From a virus, in IMG/VR virus record IMGVR_UViG_3300031257_000001, positions 40,327 to 104,326 of that record: DNA of 64,000 bases, one strand, 5' to 3'. This document shows positions 26,779-35,965 of this stretch, in pieces. Made by a program: the position numbers and the translations under genes. Positions within the stretch are counted from its first letter, which is position 1. The number at the start of each line of letters is the position of its first letter. A model generated the notes under the pieces. The model had not been told where the DNA came from. It saw only the letters and a program-made list of their open reading frames with translations, and searched no databases.

Positions 26779-28335
26779 ATGAAGTCGAAAGCGCACCCAC
26801 GTGAGTATCAGGGCGACGGCCCGGTTTCAATCCCAACTGCCTACTGCGAGCTGAGCAAGCGCGCGTTCGCGGTCTGGGTCAGGTTGATGGCTGAGTCTCC
26901 CGAGGTTCTGCTGACAGGGAGGCATCGCCTCGCAGAGTTGTTGAGCTACTCACAGCGCCGGTTCAGCGAGGTGCTTCTGGAGCTTGTGCGCAAGGGGTAC
27001 GTGGGCGTGATCCCTCCCGAGCGAGTGGGCCTTGTCACCCAAATTGTGTTGCGGCGCCGTGCAAAGATCAACCAGAGGACGGGGAACTGGTTCAGGCTGG
27101 GAAACTTGCTGCTGCAAGGCGACCACGAGTGCATGTGCAATCAACAAGAAACTGGCCCAAAGTTTACACAGACCCAAAGTTTACACAGACCGAAACCAAA
27201 GTTTAGTTGGGCTGATCCAAACTTTAATTGGACCCATGGCATAAAACCGGGAGAAGTGGTGTGTAAAAAGGTACCAAGGGAAACCAGTTCTTGTGTAGAG
27301 GGTGGATCTTGCAGTCACAAAAGTGGCATTTGTCCAGACAAAAGTGGCAATCTCACAAACTGGGTCCAACTAAACTTTGGATTAGTCTGTGTAAACTTTG
27401 GAAGTCCCAGAGTCGTTGGGAGTGTGGTTCTTGTGGAGTCCATAGATTATTGGAATACGCAAGGCGTCAAAAAGCTTCCCGACGGAAACTCTTGCCACAT
27501 GGCAGCCATGATGCTTTCTGGTGTTAAAAAACGCCGTTTCGTGGCTGGCACGAAAACACAAACAAAACGAACCACCTTAGAGGTAGATAGGCTTAGAGAA
27601 GCTAAGGAGAAGGAGAAAGAGAAACGTAGGCTCTCTACCCGAGCGAAGCGAGGGTTCTCAAAGCAGCGACGTGGCAAGGGTGTTGATTGGGCAAAGATAG
27701 ACCTGATGGGGGACCCTGTCGTGAGCTTCGAGCCCGGCGACCGCGAGCGCCCTCGTGTTCTTGAGGTTCTGTCCCGGAGGGCTCGCGACCCGGAGCGAGT
27801 CAGGCTCGTGGCAAAGCTGGAACGCGAGTTCTGCCGCATCTACACCCGGTACAGGCGACAGGCGGAGCGCGACCTCACCGGCTCGACTGATTACAATGAG
27901 GTGTGGGAACAGGAACGGAAGTTGGCCGCCCGGGCAGCCATCCTCTGCATCCAGAAGGGAACAACGCCAACCAGGCTCATCCGCTACTGGCACAAGGCCA
28001 TCCGCGACTTCACAGACTTGAAGATTCCAACACTGCGCTTCCTGGCCAGCCCGGCGAACGTGGACCGGGCCGCCTGCGCAGAGATCAATATCGATGACGC
28101 CAAGGACAAGCCTCCGGCCGGGAACAGCTTCAGCGCGGTCTGTGGTCTCGATGTACGATTGAGGCCGGAGCTTGAACGCGCCGGGTTCGACACCAGGCCG
28201 TACAACGACCGCTTCATGCTGGGAATCCAACACAATGCGATGGCGATAGCGCAGGGCAAAGACATCTTCATGGCGAAGGGTCGCGTGAGGGATATGGCGG
28301 TGTTCGCAGCGGAGAATCTGTTCAATGAGGAGTGA
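26779..28335 (+). CDS. putative replication initiator (N-terminal winged HTH)
   Basis: 'LSKRAFAVWVRL...LAELLSYSQRRFSEVLLELVRKGYV' HTH; upstream of DnaC and DnaB; internal iteron array. Confidence 0.7.
   Translation: MKSKAHPREYQGDGPVSIPTAYCELSKRAFAVWVRLMAESPEVLLTGRHRLAELLSYSQRRFSEVLLELVRKGYVGVIPPERVGLVTQIVLRRRAKINQRTGNWFRLGNLLLQGDHECMCNQQETGPKFTQTQSLHRPKPKFSWADPNFNWTHGIKPGEVVCKKVPRETSSCVEGGSCSHKSGICPDKSGNLTNWVQLNFGLVCVNFGSPRVVGSVVLVESIDYWNTQGVKKLPDGNSCHMAAMMLSGVKKRRFVAGTKTQTKRTTLEVDRLREAKEKEKEKRRLSTRAKRGFSKQRRGKGVDWAKIDLMGDPVVSFEPGDRERPRVLEVLSRRARDPERVRLVAKLEREFCRIYTRYRRQAERDLTGSTDYNEVWEQERKLAARAAILCIQKGTTPTRLIRYWHKAIRDFTDLKIPTLRFLASPANVDRAACAEINIDDAKDKPPAGNSFSAVCGLDVRLRPELERAGFDTRPYNDRFMLGIQHNAMAIAQGKDIFMAKGRVRDMAVFAAENLFNEE
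27157..27401. repeat. iteron-like direct and inverted repeats; putative replication origin
   Basis: CCAAAGTTTACACAGAC at 27157 and 27174, with an exact reverse complement at 27385-27401. Variants at 27196, 27217 and (inverted) 27361-27380. ACAAAAGTGGCA occurs twice between them. AT-rich. Confidence 0.75.
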
Positions 28336-28999
28336 GCGTGAGGTCGATGCGTTCCGCGCCGGCCTCATCGAACGCTTCGGGGATGATGGCGACAAGCGCG
28401 TGGCGTACTACACAGCGTGCTACGAGGCTTGTATTCCACGGACGTTCTGGGATGTCGCCGGTGCCGATGTGACCTACAACATCGATGCGTTCAAGGGGGT
28501 CATCCTGCGATACACGTCCAAGTGGAAGCGGGCCCTTCGCCACGGATACTCGATGCTGCTCGTTGGCGACAACGGCACTGGCAAGACCATGTTCGTGTCG
28601 TTCGTCCTCACACAGATGATCAAGCGTGGCGTGACAGTCTACTACATGACGTTGGCCCAGTTGGACATCGACATCAAGCGTGGGTTCAAGGACGGCAACG
28701 CTGAGGCCCGGCTTGAGCTCCTGCTCGGGGCCGACTTCCTGGCCATCGATGAGATGGGAAAGGAGCATTTCAAGGCGGACAGCTTCCTGACCACGCGGTT
28801 GGAGCTGCTACTCAAGCGCAGGTACGATGACGGCGAGCCCACGGTTCTGGCTTCCAACTTGGGGTGCCAACGGCTGGTCGAGATGTACGGCCCGACCATC
28901 GAGAGTATGCTGGACGGGAAGTATGCCACGTGCCAGTTGGAATCTGGAGACTTCCGCAAGAGCGTCCGCACCCGGATGAAGAAGGATCTTGGCTTGTGA
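28325..28999 (+). CDS. DnaC/IstB-like AAA+ helicase loader
   Basis: Walker A GDNGTGKT, Walker B FLAIDEMG, 'PTVLASNL'. Confidence 0.88.
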   Translation: MRSEREVDAFRAGLIERFGDDGDKRVAYYTACYEACIPRTFWDVAGADVTYNIDAFKGVILRYTSKWKRALRHGYSMLLVGDNGTGKTMFVSFVLTQMIKRGVTVYYMTLAQLDIDIKRGFKDGNAEARLELLLGADFLAIDEMGKEHFKADSFLTTRLELLLKRRYDDGEPTVLASNLGCQRLVEMYGPTIESMLDGKYATCQLESGDFRKSVRTRMKKDLGL

Positions 29000-30399
29000 C
29001 TGCCAAGTTTGACCTGGCCTTTGAGACGCAGATCCTGTCTCAGGCGCTCCGCGATGACGTGTTCCTGAAGAAGGCGGTGCGAATCTGCGACCAGCACCAC
29101 TTCGGCACCAAAGAGCATGCGTGGATCTGGGGCGTCATCGCGGACACGTGGCGCAAGTACCACGAGCGGGCGAGCGGGAAGCTCATCCTGTCAAAGGCGA
29201 AAGTAGACCACCCCGACCCTGACAAACGCAAGCCATTCCTGGCGTTGGCGCGGAAGCTGGTTCGGGTCAAGCCATCCCACCCCAAAGCGGCCCTCGATGA
29301 GTTGAACGGCTTCGTGCGTGAGGTGAATCTGCACCTCGCTCTGGAGAAGTCAGCAGATGCGTTGTCGAAGGGCGAACTGGAAGCTGCGGAGCGGGCCGTG
29401 TCCAAGGTCGCCAGGATGTCCGCCCGGGAGCGCAAGTACACTCTGGTGCGCTGGATTGAGGAATTCGAGGCCCGCCAGGACGCTCGCAGGTATGAGGCCG
29501 AGCACCCCGGCGAATTCAAGGTCATCCCGTCAGGTTGGAAGACACTGGACAAGGCGCTGGGTGGCGGCTCCCGAATCGGAGAACTGAACCTCATCATGGG
29601 GACGACCGGCCGAGGCAAGAGCGTCGGAGCCACCAATGTGGCGATGGCCGCGGTCAAGCGTCTCCACCCCACGTTGTACATTGCCACAGAGATGCCTGCC
29701 AGGCAGATCGCCCAACGGCAGGACACCATCTGGACTGGGATGCGATATGACCAGTTCAAGACGTGGGACTTCAGGCCGTCCGAACGGCGTGCGATGACGA
29801 GGCACCTGAAGCGGGTTGCCAAACTCTGGAGCAACATGTTCCACATCGCTAGCTTTCCTGTTCGTTCGGCCGACATCACAGACGTCCGGCAGCTTCTGGC
29901 TGACCTACTGGAGGATCACGATTTCAGGCCGGAGATCATCGTGGTTGACTCCGGCGACCATCTGCGCTCATCCGACAAGACGTTGGACAGCTACCGTCTG
30001 CAGCAAGCCGATGTGTACTGGGAGCTCAAGAGGCTGGGTGAGGAAGATGGCTATGTGGTCTGGTCCACAGTCCAGGCAGGCAAGGAGTATGCTGTCACGA
30101 CGGCCACGAGCGAGGCGACCTCTGAGAGCTACGACAAGGCGCGCATCTCGGACATGATCATCAGCCTCAACGACCCTGACGCCGGGCGCCGTCGCAAGAG
30201 GATTGAGTTGGATGTTGACGCCGATGAAGAGGATGATGTTGCCGAGGTGACGGGGCCGGAGGTGGGCGACGATGAGGCGAAGCGCCTGGAGCTGTTCCTG
30301 GCCAAGTACAGGGACGGCCTGTCCAAACTCAAGATCCCGCTGAATGCTGACTTCGCTCGGATGAAGCTCAGCGAGGTAGGTGACGATGATGAGGATTAG
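28996..30399 (+). CDS. dnaB: replicative DNA helicase (DnaB-like)
   Basis: 'IPSGWKTLDKALGGG...GELNLIMGTTGRGKS', 'ATEM', 'IVVDSGDHL', 'STVQ', 'LAKYRDG'. Confidence 0.88.
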   Translation: MTAKFDLAFETQILSQALRDDVFLKKAVRICDQHHFGTKEHAWIWGVIADTWRKYHERASGKLILSKAKVDHPDPDKRKPFLALARKLVRVKPSHPKAALDELNGFVREVNLHLALEKSADALSKGELEAAERAVSKVARMSARERKYTLVRWIEEFEARQDARRYEAEHPGEFKVIPSGWKTLDKALGGGSRIGELNLIMGTTGRGKSVGATNVAMAAVKRLHPTLYIATEMPARQIAQRQDTIWTGMRYDQFKTWDFRPSERRAMTRHLKRVAKLWSNMFHIASFPVRSADITDVRQLLADLLEDHDFRPEIIVVDSGDHLRSSDKTLDSYRLQQADVYWELKRLGEEDGYVVWSTVQAGKEYAVTTATSEATSESYDKARISDMIISLNDPDAGRRRKRIELDVDADEEDDVAEVTGPEVGDDEAKRLELFLAKYRDGLSKLKIPLNADFARMKLSEVGDDDED

Positions 30400-30414
30400 T
30401 GAAGGAGTGCCGCA

Positions 30415-31431
30415 TTGGGCTTTGACATTGAGGGGTATGCAGAATCCAGATTGAACCGGTTCCGACGTTGTGGCGGACGATCCGGGAACGAGGCGACAGC
30501 GCTGTGCCCGCGTTGTGACAAGGTGTCCAAGTTCTATTTGAATCTGGAGACAGGCAGCTTCGTGTGCTTCTCGTGCGACTTCCGCGGCCGCTCCATCGTG
30601 TGGCTCGTCGCTGAAGTTGAAGGGTTCACTACGGCGGAGGCCCGTGCCTTCATCTTCCGCCAGACAGTCGCCATCCGCCGGCGCGACTCGCGTGCCGTGC
30701 TCCGCGACCGCATCGCGGCCCTCCGGCCTCACACCATCAAGGATGACTCGCCGGAGCCGGAGGACTTCGACTTGCCCAAGTCGTTCAGGCCGGTGTGGAA
30801 GGATGGTCGTTGGGACTTCCCCATCTGGCTCAAAGAGAAGCGCGGGATCAAGAGCAAGACCGCTCGCGCATGGGGGCTCGGATACTGCCGTTTTGGCAAG
30901 TACGCTGGGCGCCTGATCATCCCCATAGAGTGCCCCAACGGACGGAGCTTCACAGCCCGGGACATGACGGATGAGCAAGAGCCCAAGTATTTGAACCCGT
31001 GGGGTGCTGATCACCGCCGGCTCCTCATTGGATGGGGCCTCGTTCCGCTGGTGTCAGACTTGGTGATCTGCGAAGGGCCACTGGACGCAGTGAAGCTCTG
31101 GCAGCACAGGATCCCGGCGCTAGCCCTCGGTGGCAAGGAGCTACATGACGAGCAGATCCAGTTGCTCAGGACGTTGTCACAGTCACAGGCGATCACGATC
31201 ATGTTGGATCCTGAAGAGCGCGAAGCGCCGTACAGGCTTGCCGAGAGCCTTCACACAGAGTTTGACAGCATATTCATCGCGACGCTGCCAGATGGGACGG
31301 ACCCGGGCGACTCAACGTTTGACCAAGCCCACACAGCGCTCGATGACGCCGTCCAGTGGAAGGGGGACCGCACACCAAGGTTGCTGGCCAAAGTTCGGAG
31401 TGCTGGAGATGCTGTTTCTTCCAGGCGTTGA
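30415..31431 (+). CDS. DNA primase (Zn finger + TOPRIM)
   Basis: CPRC...CFSC, 'RLIIPI', 'PKYLN', 'ICEGPLDA', 'MLDPE', 'DPGD'. Confidence 0.9.
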   Translation: MGFDIEGYAESRLNRFRRCGGRSGNEATALCPRCDKVSKFYLNLETGSFVCFSCDFRGRSIVWLVAEVEGFTTAEARAFIFRQTVAIRRRDSRAVLRDRIAALRPHTIKDDSPEPEDFDLPKSFRPVWKDGRWDFPIWLKEKRGIKSKTARAWGLGYCRFGKYAGRLIIPIECPNGRSFTARDMTDEQEPKYLNPWGADHRRLLIGWGLVPLVSDLVICEGPLDAVKLWQHRIPALALGGKELHDEQIQLLRTLSQSQAITIMLDPEEREAPYRLAESLHTEFDSIFIATLPDGTDPGDSTFDQAHTALDDAVQWKGDRTPRLLAKVRSAGDAVSSRR

Positions 31432-31452
31432 ACTTTTCTTCAACGAGACGGC

Positions 31453-31491
31453 AAAAAAGTTCTTGCCGTGTAAGCAGTAGCACGCTATGGT
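31453..31491 (+). promoter_or_regulatory. sigma70-like promoter with AAAAAAGTTC upstream element
   Basis: AAAAAAGTTC-TTGCCG-17 bp-TATGGT; same architecture at 61953-61991. Confidence 0.65.
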
Positions 31492-31539
31492 CATCTTGTT
31501 GCTGAATGACGGCTGTGAGCCGCAACCTGGAGATCAGAG

Positions 31540-32724
31540 ATGAGCGTACGCAACGAAGCGCTAGATGACAAGGGCCGCGAGCGAGTTCAGTGCCTGCGCT
31601 GCAAGGCCAACGGCGTGGTGTCGTACTATCACCGTCTTCAGAAGCACCTACAGACATCGCACGGCATGTCGCTGGACGAGTATGAAGTCCACCACCCCGG
31701 AGCGCCGGTGAAGTCATCGACTGCGGAGCGCGCAGACCAGCGCGCCAAGAAGGCAAAGGCCGACATCCATCCGAAGCCCACCGCGGACGACACGCACGCT
31801 GACGACGGCGAGGACCCAGTGTACACGTTCGGTTGCGCGCACATCGTGGGACGGGTTGACCTCGATGGTGATGACAAGTCACACGTCCCACATCATGACG
31901 AAGGGTGGAATGTCGGAGCGTCTGAGCAAGCCAGCCTTGAGGCGCTTGCCCTCGGAATCGAGACCAACCAGAATGTTCTCATCGTGGGGCCTCCTGGCGT
32001 CGGCAAGAGTACGCTTGCCCGGGAGCTGGCCGCCATCGCCAACGCTCCGCTGCGTTACTTGCCCATCAACGGCGAGATGCGCACAGATGATCTCATGGGC
32101 GGCGACCAGCTGCTGGTAGACAAGGAGACAGGCCAGACTGTCACCCAGAACGTGGATGGGCCGTTGCCGGAGGCCGGTGAGCGTGGCCATTGGGTCCTGT
32201 TCGATGAGTTCGACAGCCTCCCGAGCCACGTGGGATTCATCCTGCACGGAGTGCTGGAGGCGGAACGGAAGCTCACGCGCGCCAACGGGAATCGGGTGGA
32301 GTTCAGCGAGCACTTCCGCGTCATCGCCACTGCCAACACCCTCGGGTTGGGCGATGACACAGGACAGTTCGCTGGGACGGCGCCGATGAACCGCGCGTTG
32401 CTCGACCGGTTCGGCATCGTCATCAGGGTGGGCTTCCCGGAGCAGGAGGATGAGATTGAGATGCTTGTCAGGAAGGCCGGCTTGCGTCGCAACGTGGCGG
32501 AGAACATGGTCAAGATCGCGCGCCAAGTTCGTGAGGCCGTTGCCAACGATACCACCAATGCCGACCTCAGTCCGCGCCGGCTTTTGATGTGGGCTACCAC
32601 CACCAAGAAGATGGGCGGGAACGTGGTCAAAGCGGCCCGCTACACTATCATCAACCGCCTGTCCAAAGAGGATGGCGACTTTGTCTCAGGTCTCATTCAG
32701 CGCACGTTCGGGGGGACGCCATGA
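31540..32724 (+). CDS. MoxR/CobS/CbbQ-like AAA+ ATPase with N-terminal C2H2-like Zn finger
   Basis: GPPGVGKS, VLFDEFD, 'FRVIATANTLG', 'ALLDRF', 'LSPRRL'; CLRC...H...H at the N-terminus. Confidence 0.88.
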   Translation: MSVRNEALDDKGRERVQCLRCKANGVVSYYHRLQKHLQTSHGMSLDEYEVHHPGAPVKSSTAERADQRAKKAKADIHPKPTADDTHADDGEDPVYTFGCAHIVGRVDLDGDDKSHVPHHDEGWNVGASEQASLEALALGIETNQNVLIVGPPGVGKSTLARELAAIANAPLRYLPINGEMRTDDLMGGDQLLVDKETGQTVTQNVDGPLPEAGERGHWVLFDEFDSLPSHVGFILHGVLEAERKLTRANGNRVEFSEHFRVIATANTLGLGDDTGQFAGTAPMNRALLDRFGIVIRVGFPEQEDEIEMLVRKAGLRRNVAENMVKIARQVREAVANDTTNADLSPRRLLMWATTTKKMGGNVVKAARYTIINRLSKEDGDFVSGLIQRTFGGTP

Positions 32725-32855
32725 GGCTCCTGTTCAACTTCCACAGTCTGAAGAAAGTTCCAACTGTGCCATCGAAAGTTCTAGCCCTCTCATCAAAAAC
32801 GCGGTAGATGTAGAGGGTGGCGTTGGCGAGACGCCACAACCTGGAGATCAGCAGA

Positions 32856-34943
32856 ATGAAAACAGCGAAGCGCTACCAGATTCCAGCAGAACTGCGCGGT
32901 CTGGTCGGCCCCTTCACCAAGATTGCGCGCGCGTTGAGTCGCAACCACCGCATCGAGGTCATCCCGTCCGGGACCCGGTGCGCGACCGATTGCCGCGGCC
33001 GCATCTGGATTCCGTTCAACGCCGACAAGCTCACCCCGGGCCTGCGCCAGAAGATGAATGGGATGCTCGACCACGAGACGGCGCACGTGGCTGAAGAGCG
33101 CGAGGCTCGCGAAGCCGGCCAACTCACCGCCCATGAGATCATGCACTCGGAGCGGAACAAGACCGTCAAGATGCTGATCAACGTGTTCGAGGACATCAGG
33201 ATTGAGCGCAAATGGGCTGAGCGCTACCCTGGAATGGCACAGAACCTCAGCGCCCTCAACGAGCAAACGGTGGAGCTGTTCGAGCGTCGCCATGGCTCTG
33301 GCGGGAACGCTTGGCACCAGGTTGGTTGCGCTATCATCTGCGCCGCGCGCGGACTGGGATGTGGTTGGCTCAAGCCTGAGCTTCAGCCGTACTTTGAGCG
33401 TTGCGAACAGTTCGTGGAGCGTTGCCCCGAGATGGTCTGGCCGGCGGATGCGCAACGACTCGCACAGGAAGCCCATGCAGAGTTGCTAACGCTGGCCGAA
33501 GAACAGAAGCGCCAGGCTGAAGAGGAACGCAAGCGACGAGAACACGAGGATGATGACGAGGGTGACGAGGAGCCCGAGGGCGATGATGAGTCCGAGGGTG
33601 ACGATGAGTCCGAGGGTGACGATGAGTCCGAGGGCGATGATGAGTCCGAGGGTGACGAGGACGATGACGATGGCGGCTCGTCCAGCGAGGATGACGACGC
33701 TGGTGGGGATGGTAACGAGCCTGGACCCTCGGATGATGACGATGAGGACGATGCAGACGATGGCAGCGAGGATGAGCCTGATGGTAGCGGTGATGGCGCT
33801 GGCGAGGGCCTGGGCGAGCTAGATGACGAGGACGGCGAGCCCGAAGATGATGGCGAGGCGGAGGCTGATGGCGAGGCGGAGGCTGATGGTGAAGGCGATG
33901 AGGGCGACATCGATCCTGACGACATGGCCGCCGGCGCCGATGAGATTCTGGAGTCCGATGCTGACGATGAAGATCTGATTGGCGCCATGCGCGACGACAT
34001 AGCAGAGCAGACGGACGTGGAGGCCAGCGACGGCGCCCACTACATCCCGCACCCCGCCCTGACCGACATGGACGGGTACGCCACCGAGGGCGAGATTGTT
34101 CGCAGGGGCGATGAGAAGACAGCCAGGGAGGCCCGTGATGAGGTGAGAGAGCAGGTCAGCACGCTCCGAGCCAAGCAGCTTGCCTACCTTCAGACGGTCA
34201 CCCGGACGAAGCGCCGTTGCGCACTTCGAGCCGGACGGCTGGATCGCAAGGCGCTGACCAAGGCGCGCATGGGTTCTGACCAGGTGTTTACCGACACCCG
34301 CAAAAACAGAGACTTGGACACAGCCATCGAGGTTTTGGTGGACATGTCTGGCTCGATGGGTCTGAATACACACCACACTTGTGCTGCGTACTACGCAATG
34401 CGCTGTGCGGTCGCCCTCGCAGAAGCGTGGGAAGGGCTGAGCATCCCTTGTGAGTTCACCGGCTTCTGGAACATCTCGCGCTACCCACCGCCTGATGAGC
34501 GGTTCGTGTGTCGAGGCGCCCTGCGCTACTTCATGATCAAAGGTTGGGATGAGAAGGTGTCCAAGACGCTCCCGAGATTCGGCGCCATCAAAGGGAAGGG
34601 CGACAACACAGATGGCGAGGCTGTGCTCCATGCGGCTCGTCGCCTTGCCTCACGCCGCGAGAAGCGCAAGATCCTGGTGGTCATCTCCGACGGCTTCCCG
34701 GCCGCTGCCAGGACCGACTCTGAACAGCTCAACGATCACCTCCGCGAAGTGGTCAAGATGATCACCTCATCAGGCATCGAGGTTCTGGGGATTGGCGCTG
34801 GCACCGACGCGCCCCGCCACTTCTACAACCAGGACACCGGAGCCAGGAATGTTGTAATCAGGGACATGAACTTGCTGGCGATCAGCGTGTTCAGGGCCAT
34901 GAAGGAGATGCTGGCAGCGCACGAGGGGAGGGCCGCGGCATGA
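32856..34943 (+). CDS. CobT-like VWA-domain protein with HExxH motif and long acidic linker
   Basis: 'DHETAH', 'NVFEDIRIE', MIDAS 'LVDMSGSM', 'NTDGEA', 'VISDGFP'. ATG 32856 follows GGAG. Confidence 0.88.
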   Translation: MKTAKRYQIPAELRGLVGPFTKIARALSRNHRIEVIPSGTRCATDCRGRIWIPFNADKLTPGLRQKMNGMLDHETAHVAEEREAREAGQLTAHEIMHSERNKTVKMLINVFEDIRIERKWAERYPGMAQNLSALNEQTVELFERRHGSGGNAWHQVGCAIICAARGLGCGWLKPELQPYFERCEQFVERCPEMVWPADAQRLAQEAHAELLTLAEEQKRQAEEERKRREHEDDDEGDEEPEGDDESEGDDESEGDDESEGDDESEGDEDDDDGGSSSEDDDAGGDGNEPGPSDDDDEDDADDGSEDEPDGSGDGAGEGLGELDDEDGEPEDDGEAEADGEAEADGEGDEGDIDPDDMAAGADEILESDADDEDLIGAMRDDIAEQTDVEASDGAHYIPHPALTDMDGYATEGEIVRRGDEKTAREARDEVREQVSTLRAKQLAYLQTVTRTKRRCALRAGRLDRKALTKARMGSDQVFTDTRKNRDLDTAIEVLVDMSGSMGLNTHHTCAAYYAMRCAVALAEAWEGLSIPCEFTGFWNISRYPPPDERFVCRGALRYFMIKGWDEKVSKTLPRFGAIKGKGDNTDGEAVLHAARRLASRREKRKILVVISDGFPAAARTDSEQLNDHLREVVKMITSSGIEVLGIGAGTDAPRHFYNQDTGARNVVIRDMNLLAISVFRAMKEMLAAHEGRAAA
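33558..33660 (+). repeat. 18-bp tandem repeat encoding EGDDES, about 5.5 copies
   Basis: GAGGGYGAYGATGAGTCC units within the acidic linker. Confidence 0.85.
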
Positions 34944-35965
34944 GTGTTGACAACATCACCATGCGCGACTTGTACCCGGAGCTGGAGGCAAGCCTGCGTC
35001 CTACCATGCTTCAAATGGCGCAGCAGTTCGCCCCGTCGCTGGGGATGGACGTGGACGATGCGATGCAGGAGGCCCGCATCGCCATCCACCTCGCGTTCCA
35101 ATCGTATGACTATAACCGGAGTCACGGTGGGATCAGGGCTTTCGCGCGCCAGGTGATCAAGCACACATTCTGTGGGTTGGCCTATGCGGCAGCGACTCGG
35201 GCCCGCTGCCCACACACAGTGTACACGGACGACTCCGGACAATCACAAGTTGTGAAACACCGCAAGCTCGCATCGCTGGAGGACTTGCTTGAGTCAGGTG
35301 GCTTGCAATGGCCGTTGAGCATGGAGTGTGAAGCGGAAGCCGAATTGGACACCCACCGTATCGCCGACAGGCTCATGGTCCTTCGGATGCGGTTGTACAA
35401 TCAATTGGGCCCACAGGAACAGCAGGTGTTCCGCCTTAAGGCTCGGCCCCCGGAAGCGTTCTTGGTGTTCCTACGCAACATCGGTGTGGACGCGGCCGAT
35501 GTGAATCACAAGCACATTGCGCGCTATCTTGGCACCACCAAGAATTCAGTGGACTACTCGTTGCTCAAGATTCGAGGCGACTTCAGGCGCCTTGCTGAGC
35601 ATGAATTCAGCGACCTTGTGGCAGACCTGATAAGAGACGGGGATTGGCCGATGGTTCACGTCAGCAACAACCCGAACGATGCCGCATTTGTGCGACAAGT
35701 CATACAGTCCAGAAAGCTGGACCCGCGTCCACTTCCACAACGTCGGGACATCAGGATCGGGTTAAGTGTCGGCCGGATCATCGAACGTTATCACTGGGGC
35801 GCCGTGCTCCACCTCAAGCTCCGCGACCACCGGGCGACCGTGGTTGTGGAAGGACGGTTCAACGAGAATACCGGGGATGTGTTTGGCCAACACGGCATCT
35901 GGAAGCCGATCACAGAGGATGTTCCCTGGTACAAGACCCTGGTCCAGGAGATTGATCGACCATGA
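34940..35965 (+). CDS. RNA polymerase sigma factor-like protein with C-terminal extension
   Basis: Region 2 'DVDDAMQEARIAIHLAFQSYD' and region 4 HTH 'HKHIARYLGTTKNSVDYSLLKIR'. Confidence 0.75.
   Translation: MSVDNITMRDLYPELEASLRPTMLQMAQQFAPSLGMDVDDAMQEARIAIHLAFQSYDYNRSHGGIRAFARQVIKHTFCGLAYAAATRARCPHTVYTDDSGQSQVVKHRKLASLEDLLESGGLQWPLSMECEAEAELDTHRIADRLMVLRMRLYNQLGPQEQQVFRLKARPPEAFLVFLRNIGVDAADVNHKHIARYLGTTKNSVDYSLLKIRGDFRRLAEHEFSDLVADLIRDGDWPMVHVSNNPNDAAFVRQVIQSRKLDPRPLPQRRDIRIGLSVGRIIERYHWGAVLHLKLRDHRATVVVEGRFNENTGDVFGQHGIWKPITEDVPWYKTLVQEIDRP

Noticed and set aside
32721-32807. 28-aa ORF between the AAA+ and VWA genes
   Set aside because: Coincides with the AT-rich AAAGTTC regulatory boxes; more likely non-coding.
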